Positions 10,548 through 20,629 are shown, counted from the stretch's first letter. The stretch is 64,000 bases of DNA from Akkermansia muciniphila (GCA_945874895.1 CAMCIC010000012.1:4885-68884), one strand, 5' to 3'. Notes: a model not told the origin generated them from the letters alone. Numbers and translations are program-made.

Positions 10548-10588
10548 ATCGCTGTGACGATCTTCTCGGTGAGCATGGTCACAGCGAT
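10548..10588. repeat. perfect 11-bp inverted repeat (stem-loop) between the porin and yezD-like genes
   Basis: ATCGCTGTGAC (10548-10558) and GTCACAGCGAT (10578-10588) are separated by 19 nt. It lies about 40 nt downstream of the porin stop on the minus strand, with no clear U-tract. Confidence 0.5.
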
Positions 10589-10629
10589 GTAAGGAAATGG
10601 AGTCTCGTGCTTTTGATCGCTGGAGAGGC

Positions 10630-12039
10630 TTAGAAAAGTATCAAGTTGAGTTCCAAATAGGCGAAATCCGTATCATCAGTACGAACGGTTTTTCCCGTAA
10701 AAGATCCCGGCGTGAAGTGGGCATAACCGAGGATGGCCTCCCAGTCTTTGGTCATTTGCCAACGGGTGCGAATGTCGAACTCATGACCGATCGCTGATCC
10801 GCTTTTGCCCGTGGCATCGATAGCCTTAGCGCCAGAAAAACGGTCCGTCTCGCTGGCCAGGTCATACCAACTATAGCCAAAATCCACCCGTAATTTTTCT
10901 GTGGGAGTGAGTTCGACCCGCAGCTTGGGTGCGATGATGTTTTCAAAAACAATGTAGTCATTGGCCGACCATGGTCTGCCGAACCCATAGAAACGCTCGA
11001 ATCGATTGTCGATGCCATCGATGGGATCGCGGTCGCCACTGGCATAACCCAGAAAGGCGCTGAGGCGTGGTTTCCACGGATGATCGAGACGATATCCGAT
11101 TTCTACATTTGCGCCCCAAGCGTTGATGTCTCGGTTGCCGTTTTCGCCGTGTTGGTGCACGACGCTGGCATCGTAATCAAAGCCACTATTGCCGAACTTT
11201 CCGTAGGTGCGAAGACCGGGGGAGTGAACCGTGCGATCGGAAAGCGTGGAGGTTTTTTCCTGATCCAGCATGAGATAAAATGGTTCCAAGCAGACATTCT
11301 TCCAGCCGCGCCAGTGACCGATGAGTCCATACAACCACTGCCCATCTACCGGCTGATCCCAGTCTGAAATTTCGCGTGACAAGGGTTGCACGGCGAGAAA
11401 ATCCAGATTCCAATCATTCGCGTCCTGCCCGATGGCGCCCCGAAAACCAAGAAATGTGTTTGCGGTATTGCGCCATTGGTTATTGCCTAGCAGTCGACGA
11501 TCGAGAAATTCAAAATTTTGAATCCCGTAGCGCAGACTGACAGGGCGCTCATTGCCACGTGGATCTGCGTCGAGCAGATCATCGAAATAGAGCTCTGCTT
11601 GTAGGCGAATGAGTTCGAACTCGTTGAAATCACGGTTGTCTTTGGCGTAGTTTCCGTTGGATCGCCGAGCATCCTGCATTTCGATGGCAAAACGCAAGGG
11701 ATCGATCACATCGTGGATGCCAAGATAGGCGCGCGTCCGATGAAGAAATGGCATGTCTAGACCAGCTTCCGGGCGGCGGATGTCATCATCGCGATATTCG
11801 AAACGCGTGCGGTGATCCATGCCAAGATCCAACCATGGGAATTCGCCCGAGACGTGGGCGTATTTCGGTATATCTGGATCGCGCGTAGTGCTGTAGCTAG
11901 ATGAAGGTTGGAAGTAGCTGTTTTTGTTTGAATCAGGCGCTGCATGGAGCATGCTACCAAGAGCTAACATGTTGATGGTGAGGATGGTGAATGCGCGGTG
12001 CGTCCTGAATGACTGACTTTCTTTTGTAGGGAGTTTCAT
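10630..12039 (-). CDS. outer-membrane beta-barrel porin, alginate-export (AlgE-like) family
   Basis: 469 aa with a signal peptide. Blocks include RTRFEYRDD, YGIQNFEFLDRRLLGNNQWRNTANTFLGFRG and FLGYASGDRDPIDGIDNRFERFYGF, with alternating beta-strand patterns and a terminal Phe (LNLILF). Confidence 0.75.
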   Translation of the reverse strand: MKLPTKESQSFRTHRAFTILTINMLALGSMLHAAPDSNKNSYFQPSSSYSTTRDPDIPKYAHVSGEFPWLDLGMDHRTRFEYRDDDIRRPEAGLDMPFLHRTRAYLGIHDVIDPLRFAIEMQDARRSNGNYAKDNRDFNEFELIRLQAELYFDDLLDADPRGNERPVSLRYGIQNFEFLDRRLLGNNQWRNTANTFLGFRGAIGQDANDWNLDFLAVQPLSREISDWDQPVDGQWLYGLIGHWRGWKNVCLEPFYLMLDQEKTSTLSDRTVHSPGLRTYGKFGNSGFDYDASVVHQHGENGNRDINAWGANVEIGYRLDHPWKPRLSAFLGYASGDRDPIDGIDNRFERFYGFGRPWSANDYIVFENIIAPKLRVELTPTEKLRVDFGYSWYDLASETDRFSGAKAIDATGKSGSAIGHEFDIRTRWQMTKDWEAILGYAHFTPGSFTGKTVRTDDTDFAYLELNLILF

Positions 12040-12328
12040 TTTGAATCATTGAATGAACTTCCTTCGCGCCACAGGTGAGGGAGGCTACGGAAACTAAGGC
12101 GGTTTGCTCCAAGGGTATCGGTCGCTCATCAATGGTTTGATTGCAGATTATGAATCCTAGCAACGATGCGTGATCATAAACGCGCACAAATTCCATACAA
12201 TTTAATGCGGAGCAATTAGTATAGATTTAATTGTGGGAGTCAACAGATTTTTACATTTTTTTCTTTTTTGATGATCTGTGCTCGTAAAGTTCGTGCTGGA
12301 ATGGTTCGAATGAGTGAAAATTTAAATT

Positions 12329-12339
12329 AGAATTATTCT
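12329..12339. promoter_or_regulatory. candidate operator palindrome in the porin/fur-suf divergent region
   Basis: AGAAT-T-ATTCT is a perfect 5-1-5 palindrome inside an AT-rich stretch, 40 nt upstream of the Fur-family ATG. It is only loosely Fur-box-like, and its function is inferred. Confidence 0.3.
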
Positions 12340-12378
12340 TGTTATTTGAAAAAGCGGCGCTAGTTTTCGCCCTCGCGC

Positions 12379-12807
12379 ATGGTCAGCAACTCAGAAAATG
12401 GTCTTTTCAATGAGGATATTCCTCATGAAATCAATGGTTTGCGCATGACGCGCCAGCGTCGCGAGGTCTACAAGTCGTTGATGGAAAATCGCGTGCATCC
12501 GACGGCACAGGATGTTTTTCTCGATGTGAAGGAGCGTCTGCCTCAAATTTCGCTGGCTACGGTTTACAACTGCCTCGAGGCGCTAACCCAGCATGGCATC
12601 ATTCGCCAGGTGCATTTTGACCGTGAATCTTGCCGCTATTGCCCGAATCTTCACGAACACGGACATTTTCATGACCAGTCTACCGGAAAAATCCACGATA
12701 TCACTTTCAAACCAGGGGTGAGGCTCGAAGATGTCCTCGACCTTCCTCCGGGAACTACCATAGCCAACATTGAACTTACCCTCCGCGGCACCATTGCTCA
12801 CCACTGA
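12379..12807 (+). CDS. Fur-family metalloregulator
   Basis: 142 aa. [15 protein letters not shown]...[39 protein letters not shown] is a Fur wHTH, with the metal-site region [15 protein letters not shown]. There is one CxxC only and no second C-terminal CxxC. It lies 26 nt upstream of sufC. Confidence 0.85.
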   Translation: MVSNSENGLFNEDIPHEINGLRMTRQRREVYKSLMENRVHPTAQDVFLDVKERLPQISLATVYNCLEALTQHGIIRQVHFDRESCRYCPNLHEHGHFHDQSTGKIHDITFKPGVRLEDVLDLPPGTTIANIELTLRGTIAHH

Positions 12808-12833
12808 TTCCTCAACATTCCACATTTCCCATC

Positions 12834-13586
12834 ATGTCCTTACTCATTGAAAATCTGCATGCTACCCTTGAAGACGGCACTCCCATCCTTAAAGGTGTGA
12901 ACTTGGAAATTCCTGCTGGCGAAGTCCACGCTATCATGGGACCGAATGGCTCAGGCAAATCCACACTCTCGAAAGTGATTGCCGGTCACGAAGGCTATGT
13001 CGTTACTGGCGGATCCGTCACTTTGGACGGTGTAGATCTGTTGGAAATGGAGGTAGATCAACGCTCGCGCGAAGGTGTGTTCCTCGCTTTCCAATATCCA
13101 TCGGAAGTGCCCGGTGTGTCGAATGCCAATTTCATCCGCGCCGCCTTGCAAGCCCGCCTTCCCAAAGGGCAGGACATCGATGCCGTGGCGTATTACAAAA
13201 ATCTCTATGCGAAAATGGACTTGCTCGAGATGGACCGCAAATTCACCGCCCGATCGGTGAACGAGGGCTTCTCCGGCGGTGAGAAAAAACGCAATGAGAT
13301 CCTGCAACTCATGATGTTGGAACCGAAGTATTCGATCCTCGATGAAACAGACTCGGGCCTGGATATCGATGCGCTGAAGATTGTGGCCAAAGGCGTGAAT
13401 GCGATGCGCTCACCCGATCGCGGTTTCCTGCTCATCACGCACTACCAACGCTTGCTTGATTACATCGCGCCCGACTACGTCCACGTGATGCATGCCGGGC
13501 AAATCGTCCGCTCCGGTGGTCCCGAGCTTGCTCTGGAACTGGAGCAAAACGGTTACGATTTCCTCAAAGAGCTCACCCCCGCCTAA
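12834..13586 (+). CDS. sufC: Fe-S cluster assembly ATPase
   Basis: 250 aa. [37 protein letters not shown] and [10 protein letters not shown] are SufC hallmarks. Confidence 0.95.
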   Translation: MSLLIENLHATLEDGTPILKGVNLEIPAGEVHAIMGPNGSGKSTLSKVIAGHEGYVVTGGSVTLDGVDLLEMEVDQRSREGVFLAFQYPSEVPGVSNANFIRAALQARLPKGQDIDAVAYYKNLYAKMDLLEMDRKFTARSVNEGFSGGEKKRNEILQLMMLEPKYSILDETDSGLDIDALKIVAKGVNAMRSPDRGFLLITHYQRLLDYIAPDYVHVMHAGQIVRSGGPELALELEQNGYDFLKELTPA

Positions 13587-13605
13587 CATTTTCCCATCGC
13601 ACTCC

Positions 13606-15045
13606 ATGTCACTCGATCTTCTTCCAGAAACTCTTGACCAGGAAACCGCCGAAGCGGTGAACATCGATCGCTCGATTGGCGACTTCACGTTTCCTGAGCG
13701 CAACAAATTCGATGCCGGGCGAGGTCTCTCCGAGCACACCATCGATTACATTTGCGACGTGAAAAACGACCCACCATGGGTGCGTGAATTCCGTCATCGC
13801 GCTTTGAAGGTTTTTCGTGATAAGCCGATGCCTACGAACTGGGCCACGGAGGATCTGAACAACATCAACTTCGATGAGATCCGCTATTATCTCTCCGATG
13901 GTGAAAAACCCAAGCGCTCTTGGGATGATGTGCCCGCCGATGTGTTAGAAACCTTCGAGCGTCTCGGAATTCCCCAGCAGGAGCGCGCTTTCCTCGCTGG
14001 TGTGGAAGCCCAGTTCGACTCGGAAGCCGCTTACTCCAACGTCAAAGAAGAGTTGACCAAGCAAGGCGTGATCTTTGTCAATTCCACCGAGGGTCTCAAG
14101 GAGCACGAGGAAATTTTCCGCCCTTGGTTCGGCAAAGTCATCCCCACCGGTGACAACAAGTTTTCTGCACTGAACTCCGCTGTCTTTTCGGGTGGTTCGT
14201 TCATTTACATCCCCAAAGGCGTAAAGCTTAAGCAGCCGCTGCAAGCGTATTTCCGCATCAATTCGGAATCGTTCGGCCAGTTTGAGCGCACACTCATCAT
14301 TGCCGATGAAGGGGCCGAGGTGATGTATATGGAAGGATGCACCGCACCGAAATTCGAGACTGCCACCCTGCACTCCGCCGTGGTGGAGTTGGTGGCTCTC
14401 AAGGGCGCGAAGATTCAATATGTGACCGTGCAAAACTGGTCGTCGAACGTCTTCAATCTCGTCACCAAGCGCGGTCTCGCGATGGAGGATGCCGAGGTGC
14501 GCTGGATCGATTGCAACATCGGATCCCGTCTCACAATGAAATATCCCGGTGTTGTGATGAAAGGTCGTCGCGCGCGCGGCGAGGTGATTTCCATCGCTTT
14601 GGCCAATACCGGCCAACACCAAGACACGGGCGCGAAGATGATCCACGCGGCGGATGAAACGACGAGCAACGTCGTATCGAAATCGATTTCCGTCGGCACG
14701 GGTCGTTCGACCTATCGTGGCCAGGTGCACATTCCCAAGCATCTGAAGGGTTGCAAAAACAACACCGAGTGCGATGCCTTGTTGATCAACACGAAATCAC
14801 GCACCGATACATACCCCGCGATTACGGTAAAAGGTGCGCAACACGCCACGCAGCACGAGGCGAGTGTCAGCCAGGTTTCGCAGGAGATGTTGTTCTACAT
14901 GATGCAGCGAGGCATCAGCGAGGGCGCGGCGATGTCGCTGGCGGTGAACGGTTTCATCAATGACCTTGTGCGCGAGTTCCCGATGGAATACAGCGTAGAG
15001 CTCAAGCGTCTGATCGACCTGGAAATGGAAGGAAGTGTCGGGTAA
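13606..15045 (+). CDS. sufB: Fe-S cluster assembly scaffold protein
   Basis: ORF 13492-15045 trimmed to the ATG at 13606 (MSLDLLPE...), 20 nt after sufC. Long conserved SufB blocks are present: [39 protein letters not shown]. Confidence 0.93.
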   Translation: MSLDLLPETLDQETAEAVNIDRSIGDFTFPERNKFDAGRGLSEHTIDYICDVKNDPPWVREFRHRALKVFRDKPMPTNWATEDLNNINFDEIRYYLSDGEKPKRSWDDVPADVLETFERLGIPQQERAFLAGVEAQFDSEAAYSNVKEELTKQGVIFVNSTEGLKEHEEIFRPWFGKVIPTGDNKFSALNSAVFSGGSFIYIPKGVKLKQPLQAYFRINSESFGQFERTLIIADEGAEVMYMEGCTAPKFETATLHSAVVELVALKGAKIQYVTVQNWSSNVFNLVTKRGLAMEDAEVRWIDCNIGSRLTMKYPGVVMKGRRARGEVISIALANTGQHQDTGAKMIHAADETTSNVVSKSISVGTGRSTYRGQVHIPKHLKGCKNNTECDALLINTKSRTDTYPAITVKGAQHATQHEASVSQVSQEMLFYMMQRGISEGAAMSLAVNGFINDLVREFPMEYSVELKRLIDLEMEGSVG

Positions 15046-15081
15046 GGGCTGCCTATCATTGAATCTTTGACTCACTCTATC

Positions 15082-16383
15082 ATGTCTACAGCGATTTCTT
15101 ATCCCTCGATCCTCGAACAACCGGTCGCGACGCCGGCCATGTTTCCGCCATGGTTTGCGGAGGCTCAAGCCGATGCCTGGAAGCGGTTCCAGGCCTTGCC
15201 TGCTCCTAAGCGTGGCGTCGAAGAGTGGCGCTTTTCCACCATTTCTCATCTCGATTTCCATGGATATCAGTTGGTGGAGACACCAGTGAAGGCAGAGCCA
15301 TGGGTCGAGCTTTCTCAAGGAGTAAAGGATGCGGCTGCGACTCTGGTGTTCGTCAATGACCAGCTCGTTCACTCGGAAAACCATCTGCCCGATGGCGTGA
15401 TCTGCCTGTCCTTGGCGGAGGCTTTGCGTGAGTGCCCCGAGCGCGTCCAACCCTATTTCATGCGTCATCCCACCACACTGGGGTCGGCCAAATACAGTGC
15501 ATTGCATGCCGCCCATCTGCGCAACGGTGTATTTCTTTATGTGCCAGAAGGCGTAGTAGTGGAGAACCCTGTGCACATTTTCCACTGGGTCAACGGTGAA
15601 AATACCGCGCTTCTTCCTCACACGCTGGTGGTGACCGCGCAAGGTGCTTCCGTGCGGGTGATTGAGACATTCCAGTCCACCGATCAAACATCCCCCAGCC
15701 TCACCATCGCGGTCAATGATCTGATTGCAGAAAAAGGTTCCACACTCGATTACGTGGCGATCCAAGCACTCAACGAGTGCAGCAAGGCGATTACGATCAA
15801 TGCCAGCGAGGTCGCTACGCAGGCCAAAGCCACAGCGTTTCTGCTGAGTAGCGGTGCGGCATGGGCGCGCAGCGAATCGATCTCGCGCCTGCTCGGTGAG
15901 GAGGCACGTTCGAATATGTTAGGCGTCTCGGTTCCCACGCGCGATCAGGAATTCGATCAACGCACGTTCCAACATCACATCTCGCCCGGGGCTTATTCGG
16001 ATTTGCTGTATAAAAACTCACTCTATGATGAAGCGCGAACGATTTTCTCTGGGTTGATCTTTGTCGATGAAGGTGCACACCGCACGGATGCTTACCAGAC
16101 CTGCCGCAATTTGTTGATGTCCGATACCTGCGAGGCGAACTCCATGCCGGGCTTGGAGATCAATGCGGACGATGTGAAATGCAGTCACGGCAGCACCAGT
16201 TCACAGATCAGTGACGAGGAAATCTTCTACCTGCGCGCGCGTGGGATTGATGCCACCACAGCTCGCCAGTTGATCGCCCGCGGATTTTCCATCGATGTGA
16301 TCAGCCGACTCGACCACGAAGCTACGGAGGAATTTGTGTTAGGTTTCCTCGATCAAAAATTCTCCACGCTCCGCCAGTCTTGA
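15082..16383 (+). CDS. sufD: Fe-S cluster assembly protein
   Basis: The ORF-track start at 15067 is TTG; the first ATG is at 15082. SufD-type beta-helix C-terminal blocks are present: ADDVKCSHGSTSSQISDEEIFYLRARGI. Confidence 0.88.
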   Translation: MSTAISYPSILEQPVATPAMFPPWFAEAQADAWKRFQALPAPKRGVEEWRFSTISHLDFHGYQLVETPVKAEPWVELSQGVKDAAATLVFVNDQLVHSENHLPDGVICLSLAEALRECPERVQPYFMRHPTTLGSAKYSALHAAHLRNGVFLYVPEGVVVENPVHIFHWVNGENTALLPHTLVVTAQGASVRVIETFQSTDQTSPSLTIAVNDLIAEKGSTLDYVAIQALNECSKAITINASEVATQAKATAFLLSSGAAWARSESISRLLGEEARSNMLGVSVPTRDQEFDQRTFQHHISPGAYSDLLYKNSLYDEARTIFSGLIFVDEGAHRTDAYQTCRNLLMSDTCEANSMPGLEINADDVKCSHGSTSSQISDEEIFYLRARGIDATTARQLIARGFSIDVISRLDHEATEEFVLGFLDQKFSTLRQS

Positions 16384-16477
16384 TTTTTAGGCATACGACC
16401 AGCGGCTCCTGAAAACATCATCCTGCCGATTTCTGGTAGGAAGCGTTTTGAAGCGAGCAGGCTGGTCATGGCTGGTT

Positions 16478-17464
16478 CTAGCGGACCGGTGCAGAAAAGG
16501 AAACTGCTCTTACGGGAGTCCCTTCTGCATGGTGAATGGCTGCTGTGATGATAGGTGGGGTGCGGCTCCAGTCCACGTTGAGAGACCCGAAATTGTTGTA
16601 GCTGTAGTTTTCCCCCAACCGATGGCGGTTCGCTTCATTGTTTACACCACCACCCGATTGGGTCAGCGCACTGGAGGTGATTTCCGTCAGTGGATAGCCG
16701 GCGACCTCTGCGGGCAGTTGCGAGATTTCAGCCAAATGGCGATCTCCGCTGAGAAGAATCACGGGCGGAATATCGGGTTTTGCCAGTAGCGCAAAAAGCC
16801 GCTTGCGTGCATCCGGGAAGTTCGCCCATTTTTCAAAGCGATGATCTTCGGGAATCACTTGGAAGCTTGATACCAGTAGATTGACTTCCGCCTTGCTGGC
16901 CCTCAGGGTTTTTTCCAACCACGCCCATTGGGTGTCACCTAAAATATCGCCATTTGTGCCGATGTCGTCGCGGAAATACCGAGTATCTAACAAAATGACG
17001 CGCACCTGTTGCTCGGTGGGGCCATACAGATAACTCGTGTAGACTCCCTCCTGAGATCGGCGTTTGGAGTTGGCTGGTTCGCGGAGGAAATCGAGGAATA
17101 CCTGTTGGGATTCGACGCGGTTGGGATAATTCTTTCCGGCATCGTTGGCGCCGAAGTCGTGGTCATCCCAGGTGCCGATCACTGGGCACAGATCGCATAG
17201 ATCCCGATACGAGGGGCGGAATTGTTGCAGTTGGTATTTTTCCCGCAAGACGGCGGTGTTGGGTGAGTCGCCGTATATGTTGTCACCCATCCAGATGAAC
17301 AACTGCGGTTTGTAGGCGGTGATGGACTGAAAGATGGGCGCGGGCTTCGATTCATGACAACAGGAACCGAAGACAATGCGCGATAGAGCGGGTGCGTTTG
17401 TGCTTTGTGCTGTGGCGGAAACACAGGCGAGTCCAAAGGCGAGGAAAACGGTGAAGCGAAACAT
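16478..17464 (-). CDS. PhoD-like metallophosphatase (alkaline phosphatase D family)
   Basis: ORF 16478-17740 trimmed to the ATG at 17464 (MFRFTVFLAFGLACVSATAQS, signal peptide). Blocks: IVFGSCCHE, FIWMGDNIYGD, GTWDDHDFGANDAG, LLSGDRHLAE. The longer ORF would overlap rseP by about 270 nt. Confidence 0.75.
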   Translation of the reverse strand: MFRFTVFLAFGLACVSATAQSTNAPALSRIVFGSCCHESKPAPIFQSITAYKPQLFIWMGDNIYGDSPNTAVLREKYQLQQFRPSYRDLCDLCPVIGTWDDHDFGANDAGKNYPNRVESQQVFLDFLREPANSKRRSQEGVYTSYLYGPTEQQVRVILLDTRYFRDDIGTNGDILGDTQWAWLEKTLRASKAEVNLLVSSFQVIPEDHRFEKWANFPDARKRLFALLAKPDIPPVILLSGDRHLAEISQLPAEVAGYPLTEITSSALTQSGGGVNNEANRHRLGENYSYNNFGSLNVDWSRTPPIITAAIHHAEGTPVRAVSFSAPVR

Positions 17465-17469
17465 GAAGG

Positions 17470-18870
17470 TCAGGGAGCGAAGGTGACTTTTTCGATTTTC
17501 TCTTTCGGCCCGAAAAATCCACCGATGTCCTTCGACGTGATGTAGAGGAACAGACTGATGAGCACCAGGGCGCAGGCAGATTGCACATATTCGAGCACGC
17601 GCGCTTTGACCGGACGGCGCGCCACCCACTCCATGATCGCCAAAGTGGTGTGGCCACCATCGAGCACGGGGAAAGGCAGCATGTTGAAAATGGCGAGGTT
17701 CACATTGATCAAGACGAGGAACACCAGCAGACGGCGCCATCCGTTTTCATCGGTGCTGAGCAGATCATATTTTGCTTTGGCAATGCCGATGGGACTGCTG
17801 AGTTGATCGATGCCCACGCTCGACTTGCGGGATACCAGCGCCTTGATGGTGGCGACCATCATCTTCACGCTGTCTTGGCACTGACGGATGGGGTTCGGAT
17901 GAACGATGTGAGAGTCGAAGATGCCGTCACCATTCCAGCCTATGCCAAGCATGGGCCTCTGATGGGCGGGCGTCAATGGTGCCTCGGGCTTCAAGGCGAT
18001 TTCAATTGTGTTTTCGCCACGCAAAACAGTGACTCGCACTTCCTTGTAGTCGTTTGCCTCCATGATCTGTCCCACTTGAGCCGTGCTCCAGATGCGTGTG
18101 CCATCGATGGCCGTGATGCGGTCGCCCGGTTGCAGTCCTGCCTTTGCTGCGGGGCTGTGGGGAAGAGTGCCTTCCACAACGGCGAGATTGGTATAAGAGA
18201 TGCCCACTTGGCGCAGGGCGCGCCGTTGATACCAGGCAGTGGATTGCGTTTCAAAACCGGAAACGATTGTGCGTGGTTCGCTCTCGCCCTCGCGCTTGAC
18301 GGTGAACTTGATGGTATCGCCGTCGCTGAGCACGATGCTCTCTGTGATGCAGTTGAGGTTGCCCGCGAACCCAATCACGGGTTTGTCATTGATGGCAAGA
18401 ATGGTATCGCCCAACAGTAGACCTGCTTTTTCTGCTGGTCCGTTTTTTTTGATGTATCCGATCTGAGTGGCGTGAATGAGATCCTGCGGTTTACCCAGTG
18501 CCCAAACGGCGATCCCCAATACCAAGGCCAGACCTAACGAAAAAAGAGGCCCTGCGACTGCAACGATGATTTTGTCCAAGGGTGAGATCGGCGGAAGCAC
18601 TTCGTCGTTGTCGGATTTTCCCTCGAGAGTCTCCATGGGAGCGAGTTGCGGGAGTGCCACGAAGCCGCCTGCCGGAATCCAGCCCAGCCCGTATTGCACG
18701 CCGTTGATGGTTTTGGACCAGATCGGTTTGCCGAACCATACTTGGAACTTTTCGATTTTCAGTCCCCGCCAGCGTGCGGCGAGAAAATGTCCGAGCTCGT
18801 GGACGAAAATCATCACGTTGAAGCTCAGGATGACGGCAAGAATGAGCAATAAATTCTTCAGGATATCCAT
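17470..18870 (-). CDS. rseP: RIP metalloprotease (site-2 protease)
   Basis: 466 aa with HELGHFLAAR (HExxH) in TM1, PDZ-type central region(s), and the C-terminal NLLPFPVLDGGH-type motif (NMLPFPVLDGGH). Confidence 0.92.
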   Translation of the reverse strand: MDILKNLLLILAVILSFNVMIFVHELGHFLAARWRGLKIEKFQVWFGKPIWSKTINGVQYGLGWIPAGGFVALPQLAPMETLEGKSDNDEVLPPISPLDKIIVAVAGPLFSLGLALVLGIAVWALGKPQDLIHATQIGYIKKNGPAEKAGLLLGDTILAINDKPVIGFAGNLNCITESIVLSDGDTIKFTVKREGESEPRTIVSGFETQSTAWYQRRALRQVGISYTNLAVVEGTLPHSPAAKAGLQPGDRITAIDGTRIWSTAQVGQIMEANDYKEVRVTVLRGENTIEIALKPEAPLTPAHQRPMLGIGWNGDGIFDSHIVHPNPIRQCQDSVKMMVATIKALVSRKSSVGIDQLSSPIGIAKAKYDLLSTDENGWRRLLVFLVLINVNLAIFNMLPFPVLDGGHTTLAIMEWVARRPVKARVLEYVQSACALVLISLFLYITSKDIGGFFGPKEKIEKVTFAP

Positions 18871-18946
18871 GTGTTACGCTGCCCACCATACCGACGATCG
18901 ACGCTGGTGCAAGAAGGAACATTTCGGCATGCTTGCCAGCGAACGA

Positions 18947-20422
18947 TTAGTGCTGGGGCGAAGCGATGATGGCATGGAGCTTCTCCACCATGCGCTTGCG
19001 CTCCTGCGGATGCTGGGCAGCTACGTTTTCTGTTTCTCCTGGGTCTTTTTGCAGGTCATAGAGCTGATGTTCCAGCTGAGCCTTGTTTTTCTCACGCACT
19101 AGCTTCCATTTCCCCACTCTTAAACCAAACTTGTTGCCGTTGTTATCCTGTTGCAGAACGAACTCGCGTCCCTTGGCGTCTTTCTCGCCGAGCAAAGCCG
19201 GAAGAAGGTTCATGCTATCGACACATCCGCCCGCAGGGACTTCTGTTCGTGCAAGCGCGGCGATGCTGGCAGGGAGATCGATGGTGCAGACGATTTGATC
19301 CGATACTCCTGGTGCAATCCGTCCTTTCCAGCGCGTGAGGAAAGGCGTGCGTGTGCCGCCCTCAAGCACCGAATACTTTCCGCCACGGAAAGGACCCGCA
19401 GGCAGGTGAGAACCGAGTTTTTCGACAGCTTGATCTTTGTAGCCATCATCGAGCACCGGCCCGTTGTCCGAGCACAGAACGAAAAGGGTGTTCTCCGCGA
19501 GATGGTTTTCGTCCACGATTTTCATCAACTCGCCGACACACCAGTCGAACTGCAAGATCGAATCACCCCGCAGGCCCATGCCGCTTTTGCCTTGGAACCT
19601 TTCGTGCGGCATGCGCGGCACATGGATGTCGTGCGCCGCAAAAAATAGCAGGAACGGTTGGCCTTTTTGCGCGCCGATCCACTGGCGGGATTCCTTGATC
19701 CATTCATCGGCCAAGTCTTCATCACGAAACCGCGCTTTTTGGCCACCGGTATAAAAACCGATGCGGCTGATGCCATTGTGAATGGTGTCATTGTGACCGT
19801 GGCTCCAATCGAGTTTGAGACTGTCTCGATGGGTGATGCCCGTGGGGTGATCGGGTGATGGCTTGCGCTCCCCCACCCACAAGGGATCCGCTGGATCGAG
19901 ATTGCGTACGCGGTGGTCCTGCACAAATACCTGCGGCACGCGGTCGTTGGTGGTGGGAAGCAACAGGCAGTGATCGAAGCCAATTTCCAGCGGACCAGGT
20001 TTCAGCTCGCCATTCCAATCGGGCCTTGGTTGCCCCAAGCCGAGATGCCACTTGCCGATGACAGCAGTGTGATATCCGTTTTGTTTGACCAGCGAGGCGA
20101 TGGTCGGAGTGCCTGGTGTGATGATGGCAGGCCCATTCGGCGGCGCGATGCCGGTGTTGGCAGCGCGGAAGGCGTAGTTTCCCGTGAGCAGCGAGTAGCG
20201 CGTGGGCGTACAGGTCGAGGCCGAGCAATAACCACTGGTAAACCGTAGACCCTCGGCAGCCAGTTGATCGATGGCTGGCGTTTTGATGGTCGTTGCTCCA
20301 TTGCATGAAATGTCACCCCAGCCTAGGTCATCGGCCATGATGATGATCACGTTGGGTTTTTCCGCAGCATGGAGGAACGAAAAAGCAGTGCAGAGGGTCA
20401 GCAGGAAAGATACCGATTTCAT
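18947..20422 (-). CDS. arylsulfatase (Cys-type, formylglycine-dependent)
   Basis: Trimmed to the ATG at 20422 (MKSVSFLLTLCTAFSFLHA, signal). Blocks: PNVIIIMADDLGWGD, sulfatase signature CTPTRYSLLTG, GKWHLG. Confidence 0.88.
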   Translation of the reverse strand: MKSVSFLLTLCTAFSFLHAAEKPNVIIIMADDLGWGDISCNGATTIKTPAIDQLAAEGLRFTSGYCSASTCTPTRYSLLTGNYAFRAANTGIAPPNGPAIITPGTPTIASLVKQNGYHTAVIGKWHLGLGQPRPDWNGELKPGPLEIGFDHCLLLPTTNDRVPQVFVQDHRVRNLDPADPLWVGERKPSPDHPTGITHRDSLKLDWSHGHNDTIHNGISRIGFYTGGQKARFRDEDLADEWIKESRQWIGAQKGQPFLLFFAAHDIHVPRMPHERFQGKSGMGLRGDSILQFDWCVGELMKIVDENHLAENTLFVLCSDNGPVLDDGYKDQAVEKLGSHLPAGPFRGGKYSVLEGGTRTPFLTRWKGRIAPGVSDQIVCTIDLPASIAALARTEVPAGGCVDSMNLLPALLGEKDAKGREFVLQQDNNGNKFGLRVGKWKLVREKNKAQLEHQLYDLQKDPGETENVAAQHPQERKRMVEKLHAIIASPQH

Positions 20423-20572
20423 GAGACAAAAAGGTTGTAAAGATCCGCAGTGGAATGACGCTAACTCTGGATGATCCCAACGATTTGTCCAGTGAGATCG
20501 GATCGAGAAGGGGATGCGGATCGATAGGAGATCCAAAGAGTTCATGTTGCCGATTCCCTTAGTTTCTCTGCG

Positions 20573-20603
20573 AAAAAACCCCGCAGCCTTGTGAGCTGCG
20601 GGG
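20573..20603 (-). terminator. intrinsic terminator after pnp
   Basis: On the minus strand, CCCCGCAGC-TCACAAG-GCTGCGGGG is followed by TTTTTT. It lies about 27 nt downstream of the pnp stop. Confidence 0.85.
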
Positions 20604-20629
20604 TTGTGATGACAATCTGTTCGATCCTA

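Noticed and set aside
12303-12311. GGTTCGAAT, a tRNA T-loop-like string in the porin/fur intergenic region.
   Set aside because: The flanking bases do not form a T-stem (GG...GA rather than GG...CC). No acceptor, D or anticodon arms can be drawn, so it is not a tRNA.
13945-15765. Long antisense ORFs (265 aa at 13945-14742 and 322 aa at 14797-15765) opposite sufB and sufD.
   Set aside because: They lie entirely inside strongly supported SufB/SufD coding sequence. Their translations are Arg/Gly/His-rich low-complexity sequence with no motifs. Stop-free antisense frames like this are typical of G+C-rich coding DNA.
17465-17740. N-terminal extension of the PhoD-like ORF (track start at 17740).
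   Set aside because: It would overlap the 3' end of rseP by about 270 nt and encodes Arg/His/Pro-rich sequence. The internal ATG at 17464 gives a clean signal peptide 5 nt after the rseP stop.
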